A stretch of DNA of 63,861 nucleotides, the filler included, from Octopus bimaculoides (Eukaryota), in the NCBI RefSeq assembly GCF_001194135.2. It is 5 parts of 5 records of this genome, joined end to end, with 100 filler letters (N's around TTAATTAATTAA, not from the genome) between each part and the next. Parts side by side here need not be neighbours in the genome. Positions count along the whole stretch, not along the records: positions 35,889 to 53,807 come from NC_068984.1; 4 more parts are not named here. One strand, 5' to 3'. This document shows, one piece after another, positions 37,375 through 49,229 of this stretch; positions within the stretch are counted from its first letter, which is position 1; each line of letters starts with the position of its first letter. A program made the translations under genes and the position numbers. The notes under the pieces are model-generated. The model did not search any database and was not told the origin of the DNA. It saw nothing but the letters and a program-made list of their open reading frames with translations.

Positions 37375-37620
37375 TCCTCATCTCATCTTCGTCCGCTGAA
37401 TCCTGGAAGAGCCGTGGGGGCAGAGTCCTCAAGCAGGCTATACTGGATCTGTCACAAGCAGCCGTTTCCAAATGATCCGACTGTATCCTCGAAGCAAGAC
37501 CAACCGAGCTCATGGATGTTATCCAACCATCTTGCTTGATCTCCTACTCGTTGATTTTTCCTGTAAAACCTATCCAACGATTCTTTTCCGAGATATTCTT
37601 ACCACATGTCCGTAGTATCA
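37375..37620 (-). mobile_element. RTE-like LINE 3' end fragment
   Basis: Minus frames ...ARWLDNIHE... and WKRLLVTDPV, followed by a GATGAGATGAG tail, similar to the RTE GRPxxRWxDxI ending. Confidence 0.5.
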
Positions 37621-37699
37621 GAAACGTTATTCCAAAGACCCTTCGGAAGAACTCCGTCTCGGCCGCTTGTTTTCACTATTGCGTTTCTTCGATCTTTAC

Positions 37700-37870
37700 C
37701 CAAAATTCATTACCATACTTCCTGAGTTCAAATTCCGCTAAGAATGACTTTGCTTTTCATCCTTTCGGGGTCGATTACAAAGATGTACTGGTTGAGCCCT
37801 GGGATCGATGTAATTGATTTCCACCTCCCCTCAACATTACTAGCCTTGTGCCAAAATTAGAGAGGACTAT
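37700..37870 (+). mobile_element. SINE type B core and tail
   Basis: CTGAGTTCAAATTCCGC..GACTTTGCTTTTCATCCTTTCGGGGTCGAT..CTTGTGCCAAAATTAG. Confidence 0.85.
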
Positions 37871-38071
37871 TATTTCGTACGTCATTGCATGCGCTGACAA
37901 GTGAATTAATTAATGAACTATTAGTGCATTACACATTTCTATTTTATTTTAATTACAATTTGAGATACTTCAAATGTTGGATGCCCCAGCATGAACGCGT
38001 TTCAAGGACTAAAACCAGTATAAGAGAAGAAATGTATGTGTGCTTGTGTTTGTGTGTATGTATAAAATATA

Positions 38072-38113
<42 letters not shown>

Positions 38114-39002
38114 NNNNNNNNNNNNNNNNNNNNNNNNNNNNNNNNNNNNNNNNNNNNNNNNNNNNNNNNNNNNNNNNNNNNNNNNNNNNNNNNNNNNNNN
38201 NNNNNNNNNNNNNNNNNNNNNNNNNNNNNNNNNNNNNNNNNNNNNNNNNNNNNNNNNNNNNNNNNNNNNNNNNNNNNNNNNNNNNNNNNNNNNNNNNNNN
38301 NNNNNNNNNNNNNNNNNNNNNNNNNNNNNNNNNNNNNNNNNNNNNNNNNNNNNNNNNNNNNNNNNNNNNNNNNNNNNNNNNNNNNNNNNNNNNNNNNNNN
38401 NNNNNNNNNNNNNNNNNNNNNNNNNNNNNNNNNNNNNNNNNNNNNNNNNNNNNNNNNNNNNNNNNNNNNNNNNNNNNNNNNNNTTATATTATATTATATT
38501 ATATTATATTATAGTTAACAAACCTTAATTCTAAATTCATAAAGCTGAAAACCGCGAAAAACCGAAAATTTCTCTTAATCCGAAAACTGCAACACATGGA
38601 AAATCTCAGAAACCGTTTGAAAGGTTACCTACACAAAATTCGCTTTCTCTCTCTCACTCTTTTTCCTAAATTTTTTCTCCTTCATTTGGCTTTTTAAAAT
38701 ATCAAACACGGTCAAATATGGTTTATGAGAAATTATTTCTATCTTTAGATCACACACTTCTTTCGGTAATCATGAAGTATATAACTCCAAGCTTTTTCCC
38801 TCTCATAAGACTGATTCTCACATGCGTTTGCAAATAAGCAATAAAATTTTGCGGTGTGATTCATATGAATTTCGTTGTGGTTGAATACTGACCACAAGTT
38901 CTGCTAGTTTATACGTGAATAATATATCCTTGATTTCTTCAAAATTTATAACTGCTAAAGCAATTTGCTTTAGAGTTTTCATTTATTTATTTATTTTGAA
39001 AG

Positions 39003-39335
39003 TGCATGGCTCAGTGGTGAGAGCGTCGAGCTCGCAATCATAAAGAAGTGAATTCGATTCCAGTATCGGGCTGTGTGTTGTGTTCATGAGCAAGACACTT
39101 TATTGCAGGCTACGCCTGTTCACTCAGCTGTAGTTGCGACGTCGTCACTGGTGCCAAGCCGTAACAGCCTTCGCCTTTCTCTTGGATAACATCGGTGGAG
39201 TGGAGAAGGGAGTCTGGTATGCACGGGCGACTGCTGGTCTTCCATAAACAGCCTTGGCCAGACTTGTGCCTTGGAGGGTAACTTTCGAGTTGCACTCCTA
39301 TGGTCAATTTTGACCAAAGGAGGTTCTTTTACTCT
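39003..39335 (+). mobile_element. SINE type D (tail variant 1)
   Basis: GCATGGCTCAGTGGTGAGAGCGTCGAGCTC..CATGAGCAAGACACTTTATT..GGTCTTCCATAAACA..GAGGGTAACTTTC; colinear with 3745-4035. Confidence 0.9.
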
Positions 39336-39429
39336 TTTATTTTGCAGAAGCATTATTATTATTGATGTTATTCATACCCTCGTACTCTAAGATGACCGTT
39401 ATGCTACTATTTTATCATTTTATATTTTA

Positions 39430-39665
39430 TTTGTTACCTTTTACTTGCTTCAGTGAAAGAACTGCGACCACGCTGGAGCAGCGTCTCGCAGGGGTTTAGT
39501 CAAACAAATCGATACTGGTACTTATGAAAAAAAAAATGAAAAAAAAATTTGAACTTATTATTCTAGCAGTCTCTTTTGCCGAACTTGTACGTTCGGGGAT
39601 ATAAACAAGCCAATACCGGTTGTCAGACGGTGGAGGAGAGATGACAGACACAGACACAAAAACAT
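39430..39665 (-). mobile_element. SINE type A tail
   Basis: CTGCGACCACGCTGGAGCAGCG..AAATCGA..TTTTGCCGAAC..CCGGTTGTCAG..GACACAGACACA. Confidence 0.8.
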
Positions 39666-39689
39666 ACACACACATACGTATGTAAACAT

Positions 39690-40170
39690 GTATGTCATAG
39701 ACTGGCAATTCGATTCGACCCCGGTTTTAATTCAGATTCGTGATGATGATAAGCTACAAAATATGGCGAAATAGCTGTATCCATCACTCCTGAATAAGAG
39801 TATCTCACCTGTCTAAGTTTCATATTTCTTTACTGCCCACAAGGGGCTACACACAGAGGGGACAAACAAGGACAAACAAACGGATTAAGTCGATTGTATC
39901 GACCCCAGTGCGTAACTGGTACTTATTTAATCGACCCCGAAAAGATGAAAGGCAAAGTCGACCTCGGCGGAATTTGAACTCAGAACGTAATGGCAGACGA
40001 AATACCGCTAAGCATTTCGCCCGGCGTGCGAACGTTTCTGCCAGCTCGCCGCCTTCATAAGTTTCAGGCGTTTTAACACCCATCGTTATATGGGTGTCAT
40101 CTCCGACGCGCTATTGCTCAGCGTCCCGGCGAACAAACAAAACACATAGACTGAGCATGCGCGGTTAATA
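39690..40170 (-). promoter_or_regulatory. Tandem cassette unit 1: CpG-rich putative first exon plus donor ACAG|GTGAGA (intron start 39808), interrupted by a SINE
   Basis: After removing the SINE it aligns with unit 2 (40278-40522) over about 245 bp. Confidence 0.4.
39823..40057 (-). mobile_element. SINE type B, full length and young-looking, with a 9-bp TSD
   Basis: Intact GGCGGCGAGCTGGCAGAAACG..GTCGACTTTGCCTTTCATC..GGGCAGTAAAGAAATA. TAAGTTTCA occurs at 39814-22 and 40058-66. Confidence 0.95.
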
Positions 40171-40277
40171 ATGCTTACAACACTAGCGCTGATATTAATT
40201 CATAATTGAATTTAATGTTACGAATGCATCGCTGTGGCATACTAGCAAATGTTTTTTTTTTCTTTACACTATTTGTA

Positions 40278-40522
40278 TATAGTCATAGCCTGGCGATTCG
40301 ATCTACCCCCTGTTTGATTTAAGTACATAATGTTGATAAACCCACAAAAATGTCGTAATATCAGTATCCTTAATCCCTGAATGAGAGTGGAGTCGAGTTG
40401 TCTCACCTGTCTATAACTTCCATTTTAAGAAGCATTGTTATGAGGGAACCATCCTCAACGCGATATGCCGCAGCGTTCTGGCAGACAAGCAAAGCACATA
40501 CACATGTGCGGTCGATAATATA
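40278..40522 (-). promoter_or_regulatory. Tandem cassette unit 2: putative first exon plus donor ACAG|GTGAGA (intron start 40406)
   Basis: Minus: GCCAGAACGCTGCGGCATATCGCGTTGAGGATGGTTCCCTCATAACAATGCTTCTTAAAATGGAAGTTATAGACAG|GTGAGA; homologous to unit 1. Confidence 0.4.
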
Positions 40523-40538
40523 TACACACACATACACA

Positions 40539-40582
<44 letters not shown>

Positions 40583-40584
40583 AG

Positions 40585-40615
<31 letters not shown>

Positions 40616-41054
40616 CTCATGTATATAACGTAAAGGAATAGGGATTTGGAATCCGAGCAGGTACCCTATTAACACACAGATATAATCCAGGTTCTGGCTA
40701 ACCACATCGAATGATAAGGAAGACAGAATTGTTTAAGATAAAGAATTACACGGTACTCCACTCAATAGGTAAATCCCGAGTTCGCTTCAATAGATTTTAT
40801 ACAGAATACGGAGTATATATATATTCAAGACATTATAAAGGAGAATGGAGAATTATACATTTTCAAAACATGTTTATTACAGTAATAATTCTCCTTAAAT
40901 TCACATTACATTCTAATGTGCATTTAATGTGAATTTAAACGAGAATTATACTGCAACAAACAAGTTTTGAAAATATATAATTTTCCATTCTTCATTATGA
41001 TGTCTTTCTTTATTACGATATCAACATGGGTTTGGAGGCGAGTTGTCATGCCGA

Positions 41055-41337
41055 GGCGCGGACGTGGCTGTGTGGTTAGAAGCTTGCTTCCCAACTACAT
41101 GGTTCCGGATTCAGTCCCACTGCGCGGCAAGTGTCTTCTTCTATAACCTCGAGCCGACCAATGCCTTGTGACTGGATTTGGTAGACGGAAACTGAAAGAA
41201 ACTCGTTGTTTATACATACATATGTGTGTGTGTGTGTTCCCCCAGCATCACTTGGCAACCGATATTGATTTGTTTACATCCCCGTAGCTTAACTTTTTGG
41301 CAGAAGACACCGATAGAATAAGTACTCGGCTTACAAA
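41055..41337 (+). mobile_element. SINE type A (3' end truncated)
   Basis: GGCGCGGACGTGGCTGTGTGGTTAG..GGAAACTGAAAGAA..(TG)n..GATAGAATAAGTACTCGGCTTACAAAGAA. Confidence 0.9.
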
Positions 41338-41930
41338 GAAATGGATCGGTCTGATTACAGAGAAGCGACAAGCAAATTTCATATCTGCGCATTTTCTGAT
41401 TTTCATTCAAATCGTATGATACCCATTTGTCAAGCCTTTTTGATTTTCCGCTCGCATGCAAATAGTTGCAGGCAGTTTTCTGGCAAACTTGAAGTTCTTT
41501 TGCCATTTCTCAAGTGGTTTTACGTGGATCTTTTTCAACGATGGTCTTTAATTGACCATCATCAATGACAGATGGGCGTCCACCACGCTCACGATCTTCA
41601 AGGCTCAGGTCTCCAGTGCGAAACCGTTTAAACCATTTTCGAACTGACCACTCACTGGTCATTTCCTCACCAAACGTTTCATTGATATCGCGAGCAGTTT
41701 CAGCTTCTTTACGTCCTTTTTTGAAGTTGAATAGCAAAATTGCTTGAATATTGTGCTTTGACAGTTCCATTTCATATGGTTGTAAAGAGGGTGAAAAAAA
41801 TATCAATATTAATTTATTGATGCATTTGGGCAAAACTATGTCTGTACTATCAGGCAATTGTAAAAAAAAAACAAAATGTTTAAAAAATTCAAAACTCTGC
41901 AAAAATCCGGTACAAATACTTTATGCTCTC
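41338..41930 (-). mobile_element. mariner (SETMAR/Hsmar1-like) transposon, 5' end and N-terminal HTH region
   Basis: MELSKHNIQAILLFNFKKGRKEAETARDINETFGEEMTSEWSVRKWFKRFRTGDLSLEDRERGGRPSVID...ELQV...KSKRLDKWVSYDLNENQKMRRYEICLSLL (WVPHxL-like). TIR-like GAGCATAAAGTATTTGTACCGGATTTTT at about 41902-41929. Confidence 0.9.
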
Positions 41931-42390
41931 TCAGCCGCCAGGCCAGTCCTATGTCGAACCTAACATTTTCGTCCAGGATAGAAGATTGGATGTAGTCGAC
42001 TCTTTCGTCTGCCTTAATAGCACTCTCTATAGATGGATTGATTGATTTGGAAATGAATGTGAGAATCGAAAAAGCCGGCAAAGCATTTGGAAGGTTCGAA
42101 AATCAGTCTCTTAAATCGTGTGTGGTCTGACAGAAGCATCACCATCAAAACCAAGCTCAGCGTCTATGAATCCTGCCTCTTAACTGTCCCTTTATACCCC
42201 TCTAAGACTTGGACTACATATCACTGTCATACCAAGGCTTTGGAAAGATTTCATCAAACTTACTATAGGAGGGCCTTAAACATCAGATGGCAGTCTCTAA
42301 CATCAGAAACCGCTCTTTAGCAAGCTAACACACCCGGTACTGGAATGCTCCTCAAACGTTATCAGATGCGTTGGTCTGGGTACCTTACTA
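41923..42390 (+). mobile_element. RTE-clade LINE, RT C-terminal part (degenerate)
   Basis: MLSQPPGQSYVEPNIFVQDRRLDVVDSFV...RIEKAGKAFG...NRVWSDRSITIKTKLSVYESCLLTVPLYPSKTWTTY...LERFHQ...ILNIRWQ-like...QMRWSGYL. Confidence 0.85.
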
Positions 42391-43134
42391 TTAAGCAGGA
42401 TGCATCTTTACGTTTTGAGTTCAAATCTTGCCAAGGTCAAGTTTGCATTTTCTCCTATCAGAGCTTCTAAAGAAAAAATAGGAATTGAAGATGGTGGACT
42501 AAATGAGTATAAGATCGTTGGCCGGATGCTTGTTCCGGCTCTTTGGGCTCTAAATTCAAATCCCGCCATAGCCTACATTCCTGATACATTTAACCTGTCG
42601 CTCTGACTTGAGACAACAACTTGGCATCTTGTGTACTGTGCCCTGAGTTCAAATCCCGCCATGGCCAATTCAGCAGGTCAACCCGTCGCTTCGGCCAAAC
42701 ACTACCATCTGGTAACTCGCGTGCTTGTACCGGAGTTCACACTGATTCAAGTGTCGGGGACTGTTTTCCGGTTTGGGGATAACTTTCTTTCAATAATCTC
42801 AGAGTTCTCGTAACTTGGCTATAATATTTCCTTCCCCCCACTAAAACATGCAAGTATTTCACTTGCGGGGACCCGCAGTCTGCACCTCAAATGAAATTCC
42901 GACATCTGCACACTCAGTATCACTGCAATTTCACGAGAGAATTTCTTATTCTTTTTCAATTTGATCCTATCAAAATATTCCTCGAGTATTTAAAAATGAT
43001 TCATAGAACTCCCTAGAGACGAATCGTCAGCCATCTGTCAAGAGTTAAGTTTGTGTTAATCTAATAAACATTAAACATCTTATTATAAATATTTTTGCCG
43101 ATAGCCCTCGTAAACTCCACCAGCGCATATGTTA

Positions 43135-43139
43135 CTAGA

Positions 43140-43190
<51 letters not shown>

Positions 43191-43345
43191 AGGTGGGGGT
43201 GCTGGAGGTGGTAGTAATAGCAGCAACAATAGCGTATCAGTAGTAGTAGAGGTTGTAGTAGAAGTAATTGTAGTAGTAGTAGCAGCAGCAGTAATAGTAG
43301 TAGAAGTAGTTGTTGCTGTAGTAGGGATGCTAGAGGTGGTAGTAG
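43135..43345. repeat. (TAG)n / (GTA,GCA) compound trinucleotide repeat
   Basis: Direct reading. Confidence 0.9.
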
Positions 43346-43951
43346 ATCTGGCAGAGCAGGTCTGTGGATTAAAGACGTTCCAACCGTAACCATCCACATT
43401 GTGTATCCATAACTACGTACATTATCCAATGTGTATTTTCTACCTTTAAGACGATACGGTATGATATGAAGGAGGTTTGGCTACCACTTCTTGTAAAATG
43501 AACGACAGCAATGGAGGCTTTTGTTTTTTAAAGATTCAATATTAATATTCCTCTGCTCACTAAGGCGGTGAGTTGGTAGAATTGTTACCGCTGAGTTACG
43601 GGGACATCATCAAACCAACACCGGTTATCAAGCACTGGCGGAGTACAACACGACACAAACGTGAAGGCGCGCGTGCGCTTACAAACACACACACACACAA
43701 TGCACGACAGGGTTCTTTCAGTATCTGTCTTCCAAATCCTGGCTCGTAATTGATATTACTAAGAAATATTACCGGTCCCAGGCACATTGGAAAAAACAAA
43801 ACTGCCGGTACGTCACATCAGATAGTTTGAGAAGCACTGATTTAGAGTGTATATTTTACAGTGCTAGTGTATAGTTTACGATGTAACAATTTTATTTTCT
43901 AGTCCGGTATACGCAACTAAGATAGTATTTAATCAAAATAGCCCTTTCTAT

Positions 43952-44678
43952 AGGGCTTTCCTATAAGTAGGTTATCTCCCTTGGCTAGGCGGCGCTCCAT
44001 GTAGATAATTAAACTTCCGGAGGCTACCCACGCCATTGTTATTGTTTTACGTCTTATGGATATAAAGCAGCTTGATGATTCAGCTATCGAAGTACTTACT
44101 GTGCCTGAGTTAAAGAAATATTTAAGATTATATGGACAGTATGTTACTGGAAGAAAGGCGGACTTGACTGAAAGGTTGAAAGGAATAAAAATTCTGTCGA
44201 TGAAGAATGTCAACAAAGTAAATTCATCGGACGATAAGTCTGAAATATCGGACGATACTTCAGACAGGAATAAGCAGAAGCTTATATCTCCTCTCGGTGA
44301 AGTATTGCCTGNNNNNNNNNNNNNNNNNNNNNNNNNNNNNNNNNNNNNNNNNNNNNNNNNNNNNNNNNNNNNNNNNNNNNNNNNNNNNNNNNNNNNNNNN
44401 NNNNNNNNNNNNACCACGACAGACACGTACACAGCATCGAATACCACGATGTGAGTGAAAGCTGCTCTCACTGTATTGTCCGGTGTCTGGTAATCCCTTC
44501 GATACCGACATCAAACCAAAAAAAGAATCCTGACCACAGAGTGTGGGTAATTATGTCAAATGTCACTGGCAATGTGCATTCAGCTGATTGCAACTATTAA
44601 AGCAAGTCACTGAGCATGCGTACATGTCATACGGGAGAGTTCCAATCAGGGGTGGATAACGCCTTATAGGAAAGCCTT
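43952..44678 (+). mobile_element. Internally deleted DNA transposon with a SAP-domain ORF and a truncated SWIM finger (ISL2EU-like)
   Basis: TIR AGGGCTTTCCTATAAGTAGGTTATC vs GATAACGCCTTATAGGAAAGCCTT, with AT on both sides (43950-51, 44679-80). ORF from 44056 has LTVPELKKYLRLYGQYVTGRKADLTERLKG (SAP). After the gap, 44415-44600 reads ...CIVRCLVIPS...HRVWVIMSNVTGNVHSADCNY*. Confidence 0.75.
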
Positions 44679-44718
44679 ATAGCACACTTGATCTATACAT
44701 ATTGTTAATAAGCCAATT

Positions 44719-44814
44719 ACTGCAGTATTTTCCCGAGATAACATCTCTGATATTTATTGTGTTATTAACAAAGCAAACGCTTAAGAGATGTTATCTCAGA
44801 ATAAATACCGCAGT
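44719..44814. repeat. Inverted repeat (about 30-bp arms, 35-bp spacer)
   Basis: ACTGCAGTATTTTCCCGAGATAACATCTCT vs reverse complement ACTGCGGTATTTATTCTGAGATAACATCTCT. Confidence 0.8.
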
Positions 44815-45199
44815 GACAGGCCTATCGACCGCGTATATATTTTAAGTATGCTATATAGAGGATTTTTTTTTTATGGTGCTAGTAAATATTTTACTAGTAA
44901 AGCCAGTAATATAGTGCTAGTAACTATTTTATTGTGACAGTGTATATTTTGGAATGTAATTATATATTGGATAGTGTTTACGGATATTTTATAATGTATC
45001 TATATATTTTATAGTGTTTATGGATAACTTATAGAGTCGGTGAATAATTCATATTGTAAGTTAATATTTTATGGCGTATCTATTTATTTATAACGATCTT
45101 CAGTATTTGAAGGTGTAACTTCATATTTCATAATTAATGATCAGATATTTTATGATGTTAGTGAATATTTTAAGATGCAGGTGAATATCTAAAAGTTTG

Positions 45200-45345
45200 T
45201 AACTCCTTTTCTATAGAAGAGCGTAGGCTCGAAACGTCAAAGACTCTTCCATTTCTCTTGAGCGTCAAACTTATACACTTTGTTGTTTCCTCACCCGTCT
45301 ATCTTGTTTTTTGATTTTTGTTTTTTGTACAATTTTGAATCATAT
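45200..45345 (+). mobile_element. Penelope-type terminal repeat with a degenerate minimal hammerhead
   Basis: TAGAAGA-GC-GTAG-GCTC-GAAAC-GTC: the core deviates from CUGANGA; ACGT palindrome and GUC triplet are present. Confidence 0.5.
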
Positions 45346-45784
45346 AGGACACTTGCGCGCGCACATACACACACACACACACACACATACACTATAGTGC
45401 TTATGGAAATTTTAGGGTGATAGACATTTTAAATCAGCAGTGTCTTTAAATTGTCGGATAGAATGTATTGAGCTATTTATTCCAACTGTCTGCACTCTGA
45501 ATTCGAATTCTGTCGCTGTCAACCATGCTTTTTATACTACTGAGGTCGATAAAGTTCTAGCCGAGTACGAAGGTTGATTCCTCCCTCTCCTCTATCTCAT
45601 TCCACCTCTCCCTTATATAATCGGTTGCATTACCCCCGTGTGAAGGCTCGTGGGAGATTTCTCTCAGCATCCCTTTTTTCTCCAGAAAATAAAAAAAGAA
45701 CACTGATTGACTAAATGAACCGTCAAAGAACGGTTTGATGTACAATACAGCACGGAACGAGAATCATCATTAATAATTAAAATA

Positions 45785-46138
45785 TACTCTTTTACTTGTT
45801 TCAGTCATTTGACTGCGGCCAGGACTTATTCTTTGGAAGCCTAGTACTTATTCTATCGGTCTCTTTTGCCGAACCGCTAATTTACGGGGACGTAAACACA
45901 CCAGCATCGGTTGTCAAGCGATGTTGGGGGGACAAACACAGACACACAAACACACACACACCCATACATATATATGACGGGCTTCTTTCAGTTTCCATCC
46001 ACCAAATCCACTCACAAGGCTTTGGTCGGCCCGAGGCTATAGTAGAAGACACTTGCCCAAGGTGCCACGCAGTGGGACTGAACCCAGAACCATGTGGTTG
46101 GCAAGCAAGCTACTTCCCACACAGCCACTCCCGCGCCT
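45785..46138 (-). mobile_element. SINE type A, full length
   Basis: Complete head, (CA)n linker and tail ending TGAAACAAGTAAAAGAG. Confidence 0.95.
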
Positions 46139-47089
46139 CTATAGATATTTCATCTTTTTAAGTTTGCCTTTGTGAATTTTCTTTAGAATTCAGAGCCAGC
46201 ACTGGAAGTTGCGATGCTTCGTATACGAATAGAAAAAATAGGCGATGGGTGTATATGCACATTTCAAGAGTTATTGCTCTTTCATCAACCCCACAACCAA
46301 CCCATCAATTAACCACGATTGCATTGCTTAAATACCCACTAAGTTTAGCGGTGTAACACTATTCCATAGACAAATTTACGTATTAAATACATTCCTGGCA
46401 ACTGGTACGTAAACATTAATTGCTAGCAATGACACAGTATTTCGCTCTGCAACCATAATATGCTAAAGCTAAACTTAGAAATGCGAACATCGCACAACTA
46501 ACATAAAAGCAAGACACAATATAGACTTGTAAGCATTTAAATATACTTAATAGAATATTATGGTTACAAAACGAAACACAGTCGCCTTGCTGGCAATTAC
46601 GATATTTTATAGTATTAATAAATATTTTAAGTTACTAATGGTTATTTCATAGAGCTAATGGATATTTTACTGATCTGGGAAATATTTTCTATGCTAATGT
46701 ATTTTAAGAGTCAATCCTTTTCTCTCTGCTTTTAGTGTGTAAGTGAAGAAAATGCTTGCTACAAATATGATTTTGGACAAATATTGCCATAATGCTACAT
46801 TTTATAGTAAAGATCCTTCACAGCCAGTGGCTGACTTCCTATTGATTTGACTCCAGTCAACGTTTTCGATAGCAGTGAGTAATTTGAGGAAACCTTACTT
46901 CTTTTGTTGATCTCAAGGATTTAGTAGATCTTTCTATATAGCAAGTAATAAGTAATACATTAAGCATAAGTTTATGATGTTGCATTCTCTCTTAATAGAG
47001 CTGTCAACGTCTACCTTGTAGAATATATGTTCATGTATAGTTATCTGATGCTGATGTTTAGTCCTGAGTCAACTAAACATACATATACA

Positions 47090-47241
<152 letters not shown>

Positions 47242-47934
47242 CCATAGGCAAGTCCACATATGCATACGAGTGTGTAGGTCTATGCGCGTGCGCAGTGTGT
47301 GTAAAGAGAAGACATTCTAATTCTGTGGAAATTCAACATAAATTTACATCTCATGGCTTATGGTTTTTCGTCGTTGCGGGTGTGTATAACCTAGCTAAAC
47401 TCGAATTTCTTTTCTTTGCTCCCAGACCGAAGATGCTTCTGTTTGTGTTTTCTAAATATATCCAGTTTCCAGATACACAACTGTCTCCCGATATAAAATA
47501 CATCTCATAGTAGTCTTTACAACAGATGACATTGTATATTGTACTAGCAACAATATCGTTCTGCATAAGAAGGTAGAAATTTGATGATATTTTTGGCTAG
47601 TTGCTGATCATATGTGTAATGTCTTTCACAGAAACGTGATATAATTGTCATTTTCGTTCGCATCTTGGGAATATTAGTACCGTTCTCAAATTTAGTGGAA
47701 ACTTACCCATGCATAACATTTTGTTTTATACAAAACTGTTTTCCCCTCCTGGGCTTTGAAGAGATACTAAAGTCCAACAGTTCTGAGATCGTATTGAACC
47801 TCATTGATAACCGAGTGCTTCTCTTTCGAAACATAGGATTTAGTTCTCTTCAGTTGGTTACTGTACGTGGTCCTGCCGGGTTTTTTCTTTTTTTTCCAGC
47901 AGATTCTACCTCAAAACACAACGATACTTAATAT

Positions 47935-48142
47935 TAGTTTCAAATTTTGGCACAAGGCGAATTTCGAGAGAGAGAGAGAGAGTAAGTCGATTACATCGAC
48001 CCCAGTGTTCAACTGGTACGTATTTTGTCGACCCCGAAAGGATGAAAGGCAAAGTCGATCTTGGCGGAATTTGAACGCAGAACGTGAAGACGGACGAAAT
48101 GCCACTAAGCATTTTGCTCACGATTCAGCCAGCTCGCCGCCT
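47935..48142 (-). mobile_element. SINE type B, full length
   Basis: CAAATTTTGGCACAAGG..GTCGATTACATCGACCCCAG..GGATGAAAGGCAAAGTCGA..GCCAGCTCGCCGCC. Confidence 0.9.
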
Positions 48143-48443
48143 TAACGATACTTAACATTGATGAACCTATCTTAAGCCTCTTCTCTCATTTTCTTCTAAG
48201 GCAGAACATCATAATATCATTATATCCATGGAAGCATCAAATTGATGTGGAGATCTTGGGATATAATATCAACAGAACGGATTTCCACAATAGACTAGTT
48301 AGGAAATATTTTTCAAAGTGTTCAACAATCAAATAAGAACATTTCGTATTTCTCTTGGTCAAATTTCTTTTGGTCCATCGTATAACAGATGGAAATATTA
48401 GTAAGTCTTCTGGTTAAAAAGCAAACTTATTACCACACACACG

Positions 48444-48483
<40 letters not shown>

Positions 48484-48484
<1 letters not shown>

Positions 48485-48731
48485 GGAGGCGCAATGGCCC
48501 AGTGGTTAGGGTAGTGGACTCGCGGGCAAAGGATCGCGGTTTCGATTGCAAGACCGGGCGTTGTGAGTGTTTATTGAGCGAAAACACCTAAAACTCTACG
48601 AGGCTCCGGCAGGTAGTGGTGGCGAACCGTGCTGTATTCTGTCACCACAACTTTCTCTCACTCTTCCTGTTTCTGTTGTACCTGTATTTCAAAGGGCGAG
48701 CCTTGTCACACTCTGCGTCACGCTGAATTTC
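48484..48731 (+). mobile_element. SINE type C
   Basis: GGAGGCGCAATGGCCCAGTGGTTAGGG..TTGAGCGAAAACACCTAAA..CTTGTCACACTCTG; runs into a gap. Confidence 0.9.
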
Positions 48732-49229
48732 NNNNNNNNNNNNNNNNNNNNNNNNNNNNNNNNNNNNNNNNNNNNNNNNNNNNNNNNNNNNNNNNNNNNN
48801 NNNNNNNNNNNNNNNNNNNNNNNNNNNNNNNNNNNNNNNNNNNNNNNNNNNNNNNNNNNNNNNNNNNNNNNNNNNNNNNNNNNNNNNNNNNNNNNNNNNN
48901 NNNNNNNNNNNNNNNNNNNNNNNNNNNNNNNNNNNNNNNNNNNNNNNNNNNTATATATATATATGTACATATAGCCAGTCAGCTACAGCTGAAACATTGC
49001 TGTCACAACATGGGACCTTGAAGACTGCTAAAATGCAAGAAAGTATACTAGTCCTTTAATATTCAATATTCAATATTTCATTTATTCAATAAGACAATCA
49101 ATACTTCATTTTATTTTACTATACCAACTATATATACTATATATTCTATATCCTACATTAATATGATAAGAATATAAATAAAACATAAAAAAACAGAGTT
49201 GGAATTCCTTTGAATAATATATATATAGT

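Noticed and set aside
46720-46960. HICSKHF THAP-like motif on the minus strand
   Set aside because: An isolated short match with stops nearby and no other THAP residues in frame.
47805-47860. CTGAAGA...GAAA on the minus strand
   Set aside because: No valid U-H cleavage site with a paired stem I can be drawn.
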